Positions 39,895 through 51,347 of a stretch of DNA of 64,000 nucleotides are shown in pieces (within the stretch, counting starts at the first letter, position 1; the number at the start of each line of letters is the position of its first letter). The notes below the pieces were generated by a model. The model was not told the DNA's origin and ran no database searches. It saw only the letters and a program-made list of their open reading frames with translations. The stretch covers positions 62,001 through 126,000 of the forward strand of contig KZ538104.1 of assembly GCA_000934665.2 (NCBI GenBank). Reading direction: 5' to 3'. The DNA comes from Catajapyx aquilonaris. Lineage: Eukaryota. Both the position numbers and the translations under genes were made by a program.

Positions 39895-41460
39895 TGCGTT
39901 TGTAAGGGGTTTTTTTTCCATACCATTGTGCATTAATATATATAAGACATAATTTAGGGTGCATAAACAGTTCTTCTTAGTTTGTTTCTGCCAACATTCA
40001 TCTCACTTTCGTTCTTTTGACTGATATGTTCTCATACTTCATGTCAATGAATGGGAGAGGGGGGTTGAAAGGAGCACCATTATAATTATAATGGTTCACT
40101 AAATGTGCTGAAAAAATCAGAAATATTTAATGCACATGGAGTATGTGCCTCACTTTGCATTAAACTTGAAGATAGGGTATAGGATACATTTTGGCCCTCA
40201 TATATTTTTCACTGTGTGACTCATCGACCTGTGTCATGACAGTTGCTGATTGTTTTCTGCTATTGTTGTCTCATTTGTAAGTTTTGTAGAAGTAGACACT
40301 CCTGTATAATTGGGGCCAATATGAATGCACTACCTTTAGGCAATACTCCACGACCATATAAAAGTAAAACAGGCGGGATTAGGCCCAACCTTTTGGACAT
40401 TGTGGTAGCTATTGAGGGTGTGTGAGGGACAATCTGTAAGTTCAGTGGCGTAAGAATGTAACATTGTTGTCCTTTTCCACCCCGCAGCTGGAGTTGAAAG
40501 GAGTGGACAACTTGGTCTCAAATATTATTATTTTTTTGTCAAAATGGTGATTAATTAAAGAACCTGGTTTGTCGCATTGAAAGATGAAGGACCATGTTTA
40601 AGACGAGTATAATAAATGATCAATCAAAGTTAATCAGAAATTACATGGAAAGGTTGTCAAAATCCCCTTTTTCATCCCCGCTCTCCCTTGCTATGAGAGC
40701 ACCTTTGCGTACAGTTTATTCCAGTTAATTCAACTTGTGGTATATGAATGTGAATTAAGTGATGACCATTATTTTTGCAGTTCAGGTCTCTGCTTCAAAT
40801 CTAATGCTTGTCTTTGAGTCCGTTTATTCAACAGCCAGTGTCACTGACAGGAAATGTGACTTGGTTACAGTCAATCTAATGCGAATATTGTAAAATACCA
40901 TCATTAACATGAGCGCTTCAGGTACCCAATTTGACCCATATGAAAGTCAAATTCTAATGATTTAATTCAGCAGCACTCAGCAAATTATGGACGAAAAATT
41001 CCTTAATTACATATTGGTCATCATTCCTTCAAGTGTCATAACTCAAGGGGTCAAATTTTCGCCCCATGGCTAGATACTGCTAACTTAGCAGTAACCATCT
41101 CCAGCACTCGTACTTCTAAGTTAGCAGCACGGTTAGCAGTTACTACGTATCAGTGGGACGAAAAATTCCACCCAAGGTGTTTTCATCGTTAGTAATTGAG
41201 TTTTACTTGTTGTATTTTGTGAAGTGAACTTGATGGCTGAATGGGATCAATAATGAAATCTCAAAGATGTTCACTTTCAAAATAATTTTTTTAAAATATA
41301 TTCAGGATGTTTGTTTTTAAAAAATAGGTTGTATATCTAGTGTTTCCACTAATATAACGGCTGAGATCATTGACTAATATTTCACTTTTTTTAAAGTTAA
41401 TTCTTAAAATACCGTATCCACAGCACTTTACACACAACAGAGCTACTAAAGTGAGTAAAG
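39895..41460 (+). repeat. 3' flank of copy 4, duplicated as 43399-46270 behind copy 5
   Basis: Long collinear identity, e.g. gaatgtaacattgttgtcctttt..aaaatcccctttttcatccccgctctccc at 40454-40689 and 45102-45336. Confidence 0.9.
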
Positions 41461-41924
41461 TCACCTGACCTTTCAGAACTAACATGTAAACCTAACGAAC
41501 AAACCTGACAGGATACAGAATGAAACCAAGTATTAGCACAATCTGTAATATAATGCAAGTAATATACTTCAAATGCAATGATAGCAGCTGTAGTGGAAGA
41601 AGTCCCCTCAGCATGGCTGGCCCTGGGTGGGTGCAGGGCGGTGCAGGGCCTACGTCAAAAACCAAATGCGGGGCCTATTCTCAACTAGGGAATTTCTGTA
41701 TACAGCACCAAGAGCTCTTGACAGCACGAATTATATGTATCACATACCAATAATTTGGTCAGCTGAAAGCGTGACATAGCCTGCCGCAGGCAACAATTTT
41801 GTGTGTTCAAGGTCACACAGGCTAAGGTGAATGCTGTGACCCCACTGAGAGAGAATCATCCATTATTTACAGCATATTATTACTATTACTTTATTAGTAT
41901 TATTGTTGTTATTTTATAATTGTC

Positions 41925-41955
<31 letters not shown>

Positions 41956-42294
41956 CGGTATTATTGGGTATTATGCAGGTGTGCATGATTATGACGTCAC
42001 CGTGACAGTTCCCGGCACACCAGTCGGAATGGGCCCGTCGCCAGAATTCAAGATGGCGACTCTTCTTGGCTGGTTTGTTCCTGCGACGATTTGAGTTGAG
42101 GAGATTTCCAGCGACGAGGGGGGACAGCTTCGTCCCTGGTTGCATCGCAGGAGAGCAGAAGGGAAGGCCCCTGAAGCCATCCGTGGAAAGGAGGGTGGGC
42201 ACTGCCGGTGAGTAGAGAGAGAGAGAAATATCAGCCCATCATTCAATCTGATTTTCCAATCAAAAGACTAATCAAAACTTTCCCATCTCTCTAG

Positions 42295-43398
42295 ATGTCC
42301 ACTATGAAGGAAGAGGACGCTACCGTCATCAAGGAGGAGGCTTGGGAGGTTGAAGTGAAGCAAGAAGTGGAGACAGATGAAGTCCCGTTACCACCAGAGA
42401 ACATTCCGATGGTGGATCAAGTGATTCTGGAAGTGAAGCAATGCGATGAAGAAATGATTCAGGAGGTGAAGAAATGTGAAGAGGAAATGGTGGTGGCAAT
42501 GCCTGATGTGACTGAAGGTGTGGATGATCCCCTTGGCATCACTTTGTGTGACAACTTGAGGTATGAGAATGTGTCGATGCCTTCAGATGACAAACTAGTC
42601 ACACGGTCAGTGCAGAGAAGTGTTAAGAAGTGTAAGACAACTCAGCTATGTGAATTTTGTGGAGAGGTATGCAGTAACTGGACCAAGTTGTGGAATCATG
42701 TGCGGACATTTCATACTGGAGAAGATCTGTTTACTTGCCCTTATTGCCAGAAAGTTTGTAGTGCGATCTATAAATTTTGCAAGCATGTTAAGACTCATAA
42801 TGGTAATGAGTATGTCACTCTTGAAGCTAATTCAACTGATGTGGCAATCTTGCAGCGTATGACTGAAGACAGTAAGATACCAGTAGTATGGGTTGCAAAA
42901 ACAAGCAGAGGAATGACTTTCAAGTGTACATTTTGCGAAACAAAATTTTCCACTTCCAGTGAATTAGAGGAACACTTTCAGGCAGTTCATGTTGGCGAGA
43001 GGAAATATAAATGCAAGCAGTGCCAGAGAACATTTCCAAACAGGCAGGGTTTGAGCAATCACATGAAGTGGCATTGTCGAGGGAGTGATGCATGTTCAGA
43101 CAACTCTACTGAAGCCAATTCAAACGACACAAATGAAGTTAAATGCGACTTCTGCCCAGCCACAATCTGCCGTCCAAGTAACTTGTGGCAGCATGTGAGG
43201 AAATTTCATAGTGAACAGCCATTGCACAAATGCAAATATTGCCAAAAAGAATTTAGTGCACGGTCCATCCTAAACAACCATATACAGCGGCACAATCCCA
43301 AGTTTATGTGCTCTGACTGTGGTGAACATTTTGACAAAAGTGAAGAATTACTTGCACACATGGATGTTTCTCACGGTTCGGCTGTTATGCCAGTGTGA
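42295..43398 (+). CDS. C2H2 zinc-finger protein, copy 5 (7 fingers)
   Basis: Degenerate (TTA)n at about 41875-41955, promoter cassette, intron 42208-42294, intact 367-aa ORF. Confidence 0.9.
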   Translation: MSTMKEEDATVIKEEAWEVEVKQEVETDEVPLPPENIPMVDQVILEVKQCDEEMIQEVKKCEEEMVVAMPDVTEGVDDPLGITLCDNLRYENVSMPSDDKLVTRSVQRSVKKCKTTQLCEFCGEVCSNWTKLWNHVRTFHTGEDLFTCPYCQKVCSAIYKFCKHVKTHNGNEYVTLEANSTDVAILQRMTEDSKIPVVWVAKTSRGMTFKCTFCETKFSTSSELEEHFQAVHVGERKYKCKQCQRTFPNRQGLSNHMKWHCRGSDACSDNSTEANSNDTNEVKCDFCPATICRPSNLWQHVRKFHSEQPLHKCKYCQKEFSARSILNNHIQRHNPKFMCSDCGEHFDKSEELLAHMDVSHGSAVMPV

Positions 43399-43654
43399 TG
43401 CATATTATGAGTTTTTAAAATTATTTCATAACATTGTGCATTGATTTGTAAACAAGTCCTCATTTAGGGTGCATAAACAGTTCTTCGTAGTTTGTTTCTG
43501 CCAACATTCATCTCACTTTTGTTCTTTTGACTAATATGTTCTCATACTTCCTGACAATGAAGGGAAGAGTGGGGTTGAAATGGGCACCATTATATATTAT
43601 AATGGTTCTCTAAATGTGCTGAAAAAATTAGAAATATTTACAGCACATGGAGTA

Positions 43655-44519
43655 CGAGGGCTGTTCAAAAAGAAACCGAACTTTTTCTATACAGACTCTA
43701 TTGCTCAATTTGCCCTCTACTGGCGATAGACAGTTTTTAATTTTTTCTTCCATTGTTAGAATGCTTCCTGGTACGCACTTTCTGTGATGGCGTTCAATGC
43801 TCTTGTCGCATTGACCTGAATATCCTATGGTTAGGAAATGACGTCATTTCAAATTGGTTTTATGTTTTGAATATAGAAAAATGTCTGCTGGGGCTAAGTC
43901 CAGAGAATAGGGTAGATTGGCACAACAAATGTCTGATGTTTTGCCAGATAATGATGACGAGGAGCAATGTGTGAGCCGGCGCATTGCCATGGGCCAATAT
44001 CCAAGTCTGGCCTTCCTACAATTTAGGTCTTTCCTAGGCACAGCAGCTCTCAAACGCACTAAAACATTCTGGTACAACACTGTTTGTCTGCCAATCTGAC
44101 ATGGTCCAAATTATTCATAAAGAAAAATCCTTTTCCAATCCAAAAACACAACCAACATCACCTTGACCTTTGACCGACTGATCTGTGCCTCTTTTGGTCG
44201 AGGAGACCCTTCCCAAGTATGCTTGGTAAAGCAATTGAAATGTCTCTGTAAATTCTTTACCAATTTTTTAGCAAAATTTCACACAAACACTTTGTTTTTC
44301 AAGCTCTCTCATTTTCACTTTCTCACTAATTCGACAAACAGCTCGTCCAAGTGCTCACTTAAGTATATGTATCTCAATGACCTAGGGTCATATGGGAACG
44401 TGGCAAATGGCAATTTGTTGTCAAGACATGTCACTAGGTGCTGTCAGTAGCCTCAATATGCTCTTTGTGCTGGTTGACGCCTTATTTAAAAAGTTTGGTT
44501 TCTTTTTGAACAGCCCTCG
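43655..44519 (-). mobile_element. Internally deleted mariner (Tc1/mariner) element
   Basis: TIRs cgagggctgttcaaaaagaaacc / ggtttctttttgaacagccctcg with TA TSDs. Minus-strand remnants HGNAPAH (cf. HDNA) and PYSLDLAPADIFL (cf. YSPDLAP). Empty site atggagTAtgtgcc at about 40136-40149. Confidence 0.92.
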
Positions 44520-44778
44520 TATGTGCCTCACTTTGCATGAAACTTGAAGATAGGGGTGTATGATACATGATAAAGATGTCATTGTGCAGAGAAGATTTTG
44601 CTGCTCATAAGTTTTTCACTGTGAATCATCGACCTGTGTTATCTGCCGTTGTCGTCTCATTTGTAAGTTTATATAGACATTATCATTATGTATCCACTAC
44701 CTTCAGGCAATATGCCACGAGTTTATAAAAGTAAAACAGGCCGGACTAGACCCAATCTTTTGGACATTGCGGCAGCTA

Positions 44779-45057
44779 CTCTCCGATTCACATAAGAGTG
44801 AACCTTTTTGGATATCCATATGCCCGAGGGGTTGGTGAGCCACTGCAAAATTAGTCCCCAGTATCTCTAGCTTTCTCGAAGAAACAGTGCTGGTACATGT
44901 AATTCGAATGTCTAATTATCCTGGGCAACCCATGCGGTCGCTGCAGCGCTACACAAACTGCACATTTTGTTAGGAGGAGCGGTAGACCCGTCATGGTGGG
45001 CACTACTTTCGGGCGTATGTATATCCAAAACGGTTCACTCTTATGTGAATCGGAGAA
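44779..45057. mobile_element. MITE with about 50-bp TIRs and TA TSD
   Basis: ctctccgattcacataagagtgaacc / ggttcactcttatgtgaatcggagaa; paralogous empty site gtagcTAttgagggtg near 40410. Confidence 0.88.
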
Positions 45058-45865
45058 TATTGAGGGTGTGTGAGGGACAATCTATAAGTTCAGTTGGGTA
45101 AGAATGTAACATTGTTGTCCTTTTCAACCCCGCAGCTGGAGTTGAAAGGGGTGGACAACTTGGTCTCAAATATTATTATTTTTTTGTCAAAATGGTGATT
45201 AATTAAAGAACCTGGTTTGTCGCATTGAAAGATGAAGGACCATGTTTAAGACGAGTATAATAAATGATCAATCAAAGTTAATCAGAAATTACATGGAAAG
45301 GTTGTCAAAATCCCCTTTTTCATCCCCGCTCTCCCTTACTATAAGAGCCCCTTTGTGTACAGTTTATTCCAGTTAATTCAACTTGTGGTATATGAATCTG
45401 AATTAAGTGATGACCATTATTTTTGCAGTTCAGGTCTTTGCTTCCAATCTAATGCTTGCCTTTGAGTCCATTTATTCAACACCCAGTGTCACTGACAGGA
45501 AAAGTGACATGGTTACAGACTTACAGTCAATCTAATGCGAATATTGTAAAATAGAAAAATACCATCATTAACATGAGCTCTGCAGGTACCAAATTTGACC
45601 AATTTGAAAGCCAAATTCTAATTATTTAATTCAGCAGCACCCAGCAAATTATGGACCAAAAATTCCTTAATTACATACTGCATCCATTCTGGTCAGCATT
45701 CCTTCAAGTACCATAACTCAAGTGGTCGAATATTCGTCCCATGGCTGGATATTGCTTACTTAACAGTAATCATCTCCAGCATTGGTACTGCTGAGTTAGC
45801 AGCACTGTTAGCAGTAACTACGTTGCAGTGGGAAGAAAACCACGCCCAAGGTGTTTTCATCCTTA

Positions 45866-45991
45866 GGGCCAGTTTCACAGAGCTCGGTATATGATAAAAC
45901 CAGGTTTCTTTAGGAAAATCCATACAAATATGTAGGGATTTTCCCAAAGAAACCTGGTTTTATCATGTACCGAGCTCAGTGAAACCAGCTC
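45866..45991. mobile_element. Hairpin MITE, PIF/Harbinger-like (TTA TSD)
   Basis: Almost fully palindromic 126 bp starting GGGCC and flanked by TTA; empty site catcgTTAgtaattgag near 41189. Confidence 0.85.
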
Positions 45992-46272
45992 TTAGTAATT
46001 GAGTTTTATTTGAGGTTTTATTCTGTGAAGTGAACTTGATGGCTGAATGGGATCAATAGTCAAATATCGAAGATTTTCACTCTCAAAATAATTTTGAAAA
46101 AATATAGGTATTAAGAATTTTTTTTTAAAAAATAGGTTGTACCTCTAGTGTTTCCACTAATATAACGGCTGTGATCGTTGACTAGTATTTCGCATTTTTT
46201 TTTTGTTAATAATTCTTAAAATGCCTTGTCCACAGCACCACACAGCACTATACACAAAACAGAGCTACTAAC

Positions 46273-46275
<3 letters not shown>

Positions 46276-46357
<82 letters not shown>
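46276..46357. repeat. (TTA)n microsatellite before ZNF unit 6
   Basis: Pure TTA run. Confidence 0.97.
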
Positions 46358-46358
<1 letters not shown>

Positions 46359-46467
46359 GGTAAGAATTATTATAGGTAAGAATATTATGACTTAAGAGCA
46401 ATCATTTATTCTAATTTTCTAATCAAAATGCTAATCAAATCTTTCTGATCTCTGTAGGCCGTCCACT

Positions 46468-47140
46468 ATGGAGGAAGGAGACGCCAACTTCGTCAAGGAG
46501 GAAGCTTGGAAGGTGGAAGTGAAGCAAGAAGTGGAGATAGACGATGCGGCCTTTCTGCTGGAGAACATTCCGAAGGTGGATGAAGTGATTCTGGAAGTGA
46601 AGCGAAGTGAAGAGGAAATGGTCTTGGCAATATACCTGATGTGACTGAAGGTGCAGACGTTCCCCTCAGTTTGTGCGACAAGTTGAAGTATAAGAATGTG
46701 TTGAAGCCTCCAAGTGACAAATTAGTTGGACAGTCGCTGCAGAGAGGTGTTAAGAAATTTAAGGTGGCTGATTTATGTGAATTTTGTGGAGAGATATGCA
46801 GTAGTTCAGCCGAGATGTGGAATCATGTGCAGACATTTCATATACTGGAAAAGATCTGTTTACATGCCTTTATTGCCAGAAAGTTTGTATTATGTTCTTT
46901 AACTTCTGCACACATGTGAAGAGTCATAATCTCAAAGATAGTGGGCATGTCACTATTGAAGTTAATTCAACTGATGTGCCAATCTTGCAGCGTATGACTG
47001 AAGGCAATAAGATATACCGGGTTGCAAAAACAAGCAATGCAATGACTTTCAAGTGTAGATTTTGTGACACAAAATTTTTCACCTCCACGGAATTAGAGGA
47101 ACACATTAAGGCAGTTCATGTTGGTGAGAAGAAATGTTAA
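46468..47140 (+). pseudogene. C2H2 zinc-finger copy 6, pseudogene
   Basis: Starts ATGGAGGAAGGAGAC like copies 1 and 4, but homology is split over several frames. It lacks the promoter cassette and first exon and is truncated after finger 3. Confidence 0.88.
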
Positions 47141-47469
47141 TGCAAGACTATATAAAAATGTTTTAATTCATTTCATACAAAATCGCAGTTCCTCGCGCAC
47201 CGGTCGGAATGCGCCCGACACCAGAATTCAAGATGGCGACTGTTCTTCTCTGAGTTGGTTCCTTCGGCGGATTATTTGGAGAGATTTCCACCACCGAAGG
47301 GGACCGATTCGTCCCTGGTTGCATCGCAGGAGAGCAGAAGGGAAGGCCCCGGAAGCCATCCGGGTCCAACAGCATCCGTGGAAAGGTGAGTAGAGAGAGA
47401 GAGAGAGAAATATCAGCCCATCATTTTCGTGATAATTTTCCAATCAAAAGGCTAATCACATCTCTCTAG

Positions 47470-48555
47470 ATGTCCACTATGAAGGAAGAGGACGCTACCG
47501 TCATCAAGGAGGAGGCTTGGGAGGTGGAAGTGAAGCAAGAAGGGGAGATAGACGAAGCGCCCTTACTGCCGGAGGACATACCTACGGTGGATCAAGTGAT
47601 TCAGGAGGTGAAGGAATGTGAGGAAGAAATGGTGGTGGCAATGCCCGATGGGACTGAAAGTGCGGACGATCCCCTTGGCATCACTTCGTGTGACATGCGG
47701 AGGTATGAGAATGTGCCTTCAAGTGGCAAATTATTTGAAGAGTACCTGCAGATAGGTGTCAAGAAATTTAAGGTGGCGGATTTATGTGAATATTGTGGAG
47801 AGGTAAGCAGTAGCCCGGCCAAGTTGTGGGATCATGTGCGGACAGTTCATATTGGAGAAGAGTTGTTTACGTGCTCTTATTGCCGGAAAGTTTGTAGTAC
47901 AATCCATACCTTACGCAGACATGTGAAGGCTCATAATCCCAATGATAGTGGGCATGTCACTCTTGAAGCTAATTCAACCGACATCCCAATCTTGCAGCGT
48001 ATGACTGAAGACAGTAAGATACCAGTAGTGTGGGTTGCAAAAACAAGCAGAGGAATGACTTTCAAGTGTACATTTTGCGACACAAAATTTTCCACCTCCA
48101 GTGAATTAGAGGAACACATTAAGGTAGTTCATGTCACTGGTAAGAAGAAATATAAATGCAAGCAATGCCTGAGAACATTTCCGAACAGTCAGGGTTTGAG
48201 CAATCACATGAAGTGGCATTTTCGAGGGAGTGATGCATGTTCGGACGACTCAACTGAAGCCGATTCAAACGACACAAATGAAGTTAAATGCGACTTCTGC
48301 CCAGCCACAGTCTGCCGTCCAGGTAACTTGTGGCGGCATGTGAGGAACGTTCATAGTGGGCAGGCATTGTACAAATGCAAACATTGCCAAAAAGAATTTT
48401 GTGCACGCTTCATCCTAAACACTCACATGAAGGAGAGGCATAACAATCCAAAGCGAAAGGGTAAGTGTGCTGACTGTGGAGAACATTTTGACAAATGTGA
48501 TGAACTGCTTGCGCACATGGACGTTTGTCAGGGTCGGGCCGTTCCACAAGTGTGA
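47470..48555 (+). CDS. C2H2 zinc-finger protein, copy 7 (last finger ends HxxxC)
   Basis: Intron 47386-47469; intact 361-aa ORF; promoter cassette lacks the CRE. Confidence 0.88.
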   Translation: MSTMKEEDATVIKEEAWEVEVKQEGEIDEAPLLPEDIPTVDQVIQEVKECEEEMVVAMPDGTESADDPLGITSCDMRRYENVPSSGKLFEEYLQIGVKKFKVADLCEYCGEVSSSPAKLWDHVRTVHIGEELFTCSYCRKVCSTIHTLRRHVKAHNPNDSGHVTLEANSTDIPILQRMTEDSKIPVVWVAKTSRGMTFKCTFCDTKFSTSSELEEHIKVVHVTGKKKYKCKQCLRTFPNSQGLSNHMKWHFRGSDACSDDSTEADSNDTNEVKCDFCPATVCRPGNLWRHVRNVHSGQALYKCKHCQKEFCARFILNTHMKERHNNPKRKGKCADCGEHFDKCDELLAHMDVCQGRAVPQV

Positions 48556-49246
48556 TGCATTTGTGAAGTATTTTATGTTTTGTTCATACCAACAGCACTG
48601 GCAACTGGGCATTATTTAACAAGACGTAATTTAGGTTGCATAAAGGAATAATGGATCTCCATCTCATTTTTGTACTTTTGACGAGTATGTTCTGATACTT
48701 CCTCTCAATCTACTACTCCATAACTTGGTCTCATCCGACAGCTGCTGTGCCTGTGCATAGGCTGCAAGATGGCCTGTCCTATATAAAGTACTGGAATGAT
48801 AGCCATCTTTGCTAATGTTCATATTTACTTTGTCCATCGCATGACCTGGAAACTGTAGCATTGCAAAACTTATTTTCTGACTGACCCTGGAAATCAAATT
48901 TATCTGAGAGTGCAAAAACAATTTGGTCGTTCAGTGTGTCTAACAGTAACAAGTCCGTGAGTGGTGTAAAAAAAATAATTGCGGCCCTATTCTTCTGTCC
49001 TAGCCCACAGGCGCATGTGACAGACAAGTTTCACATCTTGGAAATATTTTTACACGTAATCCCAAGATTTTGTGCATTGTTTGCAGAGAACATTGTTTGA
49101 TTTATGATTTACTTGGTGGCTGTAAGGCACATGGCAAATGCATATTATGCTTTCATTCTCTGATTACTCTTGATCGATGTTAGAAATCAAGTGAAGCCTG
49201 CCGGTTCCTGAAGTGGCTATTCCACGTGTCCGTCCCTATTCTGCCC

Positions 49247-49320
49247 TAGATCATTTAGTTGCTGTCCCCAAGAGAAACAAACCAGATTCAGCCAATGACA
49301 CGTGAAATGTCACACAGCAA
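49247..49320 (+). pseudogene. Short remnant of the piggyBac C-terminal Cys-rich region
   Basis: gatcatttagttgctgtccccaagagaaacaaaccagattcagccaatgacacgtgaaatg matches 32142-32200. Confidence 0.8.
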
Positions 49321-49559
49321 ACTCTGCAAACATGGGTGTGTCTCTCATTTCAGGTGAGATGCATTGACTCATTTTAAAATTTTGTGACCATTTCAAATGC
49401 TTAAAAAATTGAACATTATCATGTGTCAAGCCCAGCAAAATCTAACTACTCTGGAAACATATTGATAAAATAAAAATCTCACGAAAAATGCTCAAGTGAC
49501 ATTGGAATTCATTTTCTAACATTGCATTTTATTTTTGGGGGGATGTAAAATTCCACAAT

Positions 49560-50525
49560 TCGTAGCGAAATTCGGGAAAAACAAAAGCGTGACCTTGGAA
49601 TCCATTTTCCGACCTTGAAAGTCATTTTGTGACCTTGAGACTTTTCGCCATTTGCAGCCAAATTCGGGAAAAACAAAAGCGTGACCTTGGAATCCATTTT
49701 CCGACCTTGAAAGTCATTTTGTGACCTTGAGACTTTTCGCCATTTGCAGCCAAATTCTGGAAAAATAAAAGCGTGACCTTGGAAACAATTTTCCGACCTT
49801 GAAAGTCATTTTGTGACCTTGAGACTTTTCACCATTTGCAGCCAAATTCTGGCAAAATAAAAGCGTGACCTTGGAAACCATTTTCCGACCTTGAAAGTCA
49901 TTTTGTGACCTTCAGACTTTTCACCATTTGCAGCCAAATTCGGGAAAAAGAAAAACGTGACCTTGGAATCCATTTTCCGACCTTGAAAGTCATTTTGTGA
50001 CCTTGAGACTTTTCTCCATTTGCAGCCAAATTCGGGAAAAATAAAAGCGTGACCTTGGAATCCATTTTCCGACCTTGAAAGTCATTTTGTGACCTTGAGA
50101 CTTTTCGCCATTTGCAGCCAAATTCGGGAAAAATAAAAGCGTGACCTTGGAAACCATTTTCCGACCTTGAAAGTCATTTTGTGACCATGAGACTTTTCAA
50201 CATTTGCAGCCAAATTCTGGAAAAATAAAAGCGTGACCTTGGAAACCATTTTCCGACCTTGAAAGTCATTTTGTGACCTTGAGACTTTTCTCCATTTGCA
50301 GTCAAATTCGGGAAAAATAAAAGCGTGACCTTGGAATCCATTTTTTGACCTTGAGACTTTTCACAATTTGTAGGGAAATTCGGGAAAAATAAAAGCGTGA
50401 CCTTGGAGTCAATTTTCCGACCTTGAAAATCATTTTGTGACCTTGAAATCTGTTTTTCGACATTTATTCCCCAATTTGTAACGAAATTCTGGGAAAAAAA
50501 TAAACGTGTGACTTTGGATATCATT
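49560..50525. repeat. 92-bp tandem repeat (about 10 units)
   Basis: Unit starts aaattc(g/t)gg at 49568, 49660, 49752, 49844, 49936, 50028, 50120, 50212, 50304, then shorter or degenerate units; each full unit has three GACCTTG sub-repeats. Confidence 0.95.
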
Positions 50526-50814
50526 TTCTGATATGGAACATTGTTGTTTTACACTTAAAATTGCAGTTCTTGTAGCAAAAGTCTAAAGAAAAATATTATC
50601 GTGACCTTGGACTGTTTTTTTTTTTTTCGGCCGACAATTTATAACTTACAACCCACATGGGAATAATTATTTTGTAAGCTTAAAAATAGTTCAAGCAGCT
50701 TTCAAACTGCTCCTGCTGAATATCTGCTACAAAATGCAGGAAAGACCAAATAAAGTTACATGAAATACCCTGGTAAATAATGGTCAATTCAAAACTATAC
50801 TCGTGACACAATTG

Positions 50815-51347
50815 CTAGTAAAACGATAATGGCCTACACGGAATGCATGATGCAGGCCTCCCCGAGTTACAAAATTTGCCACTCCATTGTGTGTGTCCGT
50901 GTATGAGCAGTTTGTTTAATGCTCCTGGTGCTAGACGGCTGGCAATGCTTGAATTGCAGGATGCCATAAATTCTGTCGGAATCCCACAGTTACACAGCTT
51001 GAAATGCAATCCAATTATTTTCCTAGCTGCAGAAAAATACATGGTTATCCTGGTAAATACTTCTTGATTGCTGTTACAGTTGGTGCGAAAACTGCAATAG
51101 CAATTTGGATCACCTTGCAATTTTTGGACCATGATACACTATTGTCTGACACTACCTTCATCATATTTATAATGAAATCAGCACCTAATGCTCTGTGGAA
51201 TGCTTCCTCTTTGACCCATCGCATTTCCACAGGCAATAACTGTCACATTCTCAGCCAGCTCTGGAGAAACAACATGCACCCTTTGCGCACGCTTTTTCTC
51301 CTGAACAGCTTGTTTGTGAGGCACAGTTAGTCGAATGCCTTTTTTCA
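50815..51347 (-). pseudogene. Frameshifted DDE-domain remnant of a pogo/Tigger-like transposase
   Basis: After IYN the sequence reads across frameshifts DEK-GIRLTVPHKQ..-VHVVSPELAENVTVIACGNAMGQ, the typical start of a pogo DDE domain; the distal boundary is approximate. Confidence 0.7.

Noticed and set aside
49560..50525. CRISPR-like array or coding repeat (ORFs 49509-49697, 50174-50524)
   Set aside because: Whole units repeat with no unique spacers, the context is eukaryotic and there are no cas genes; the ORFs are repeat artefacts.
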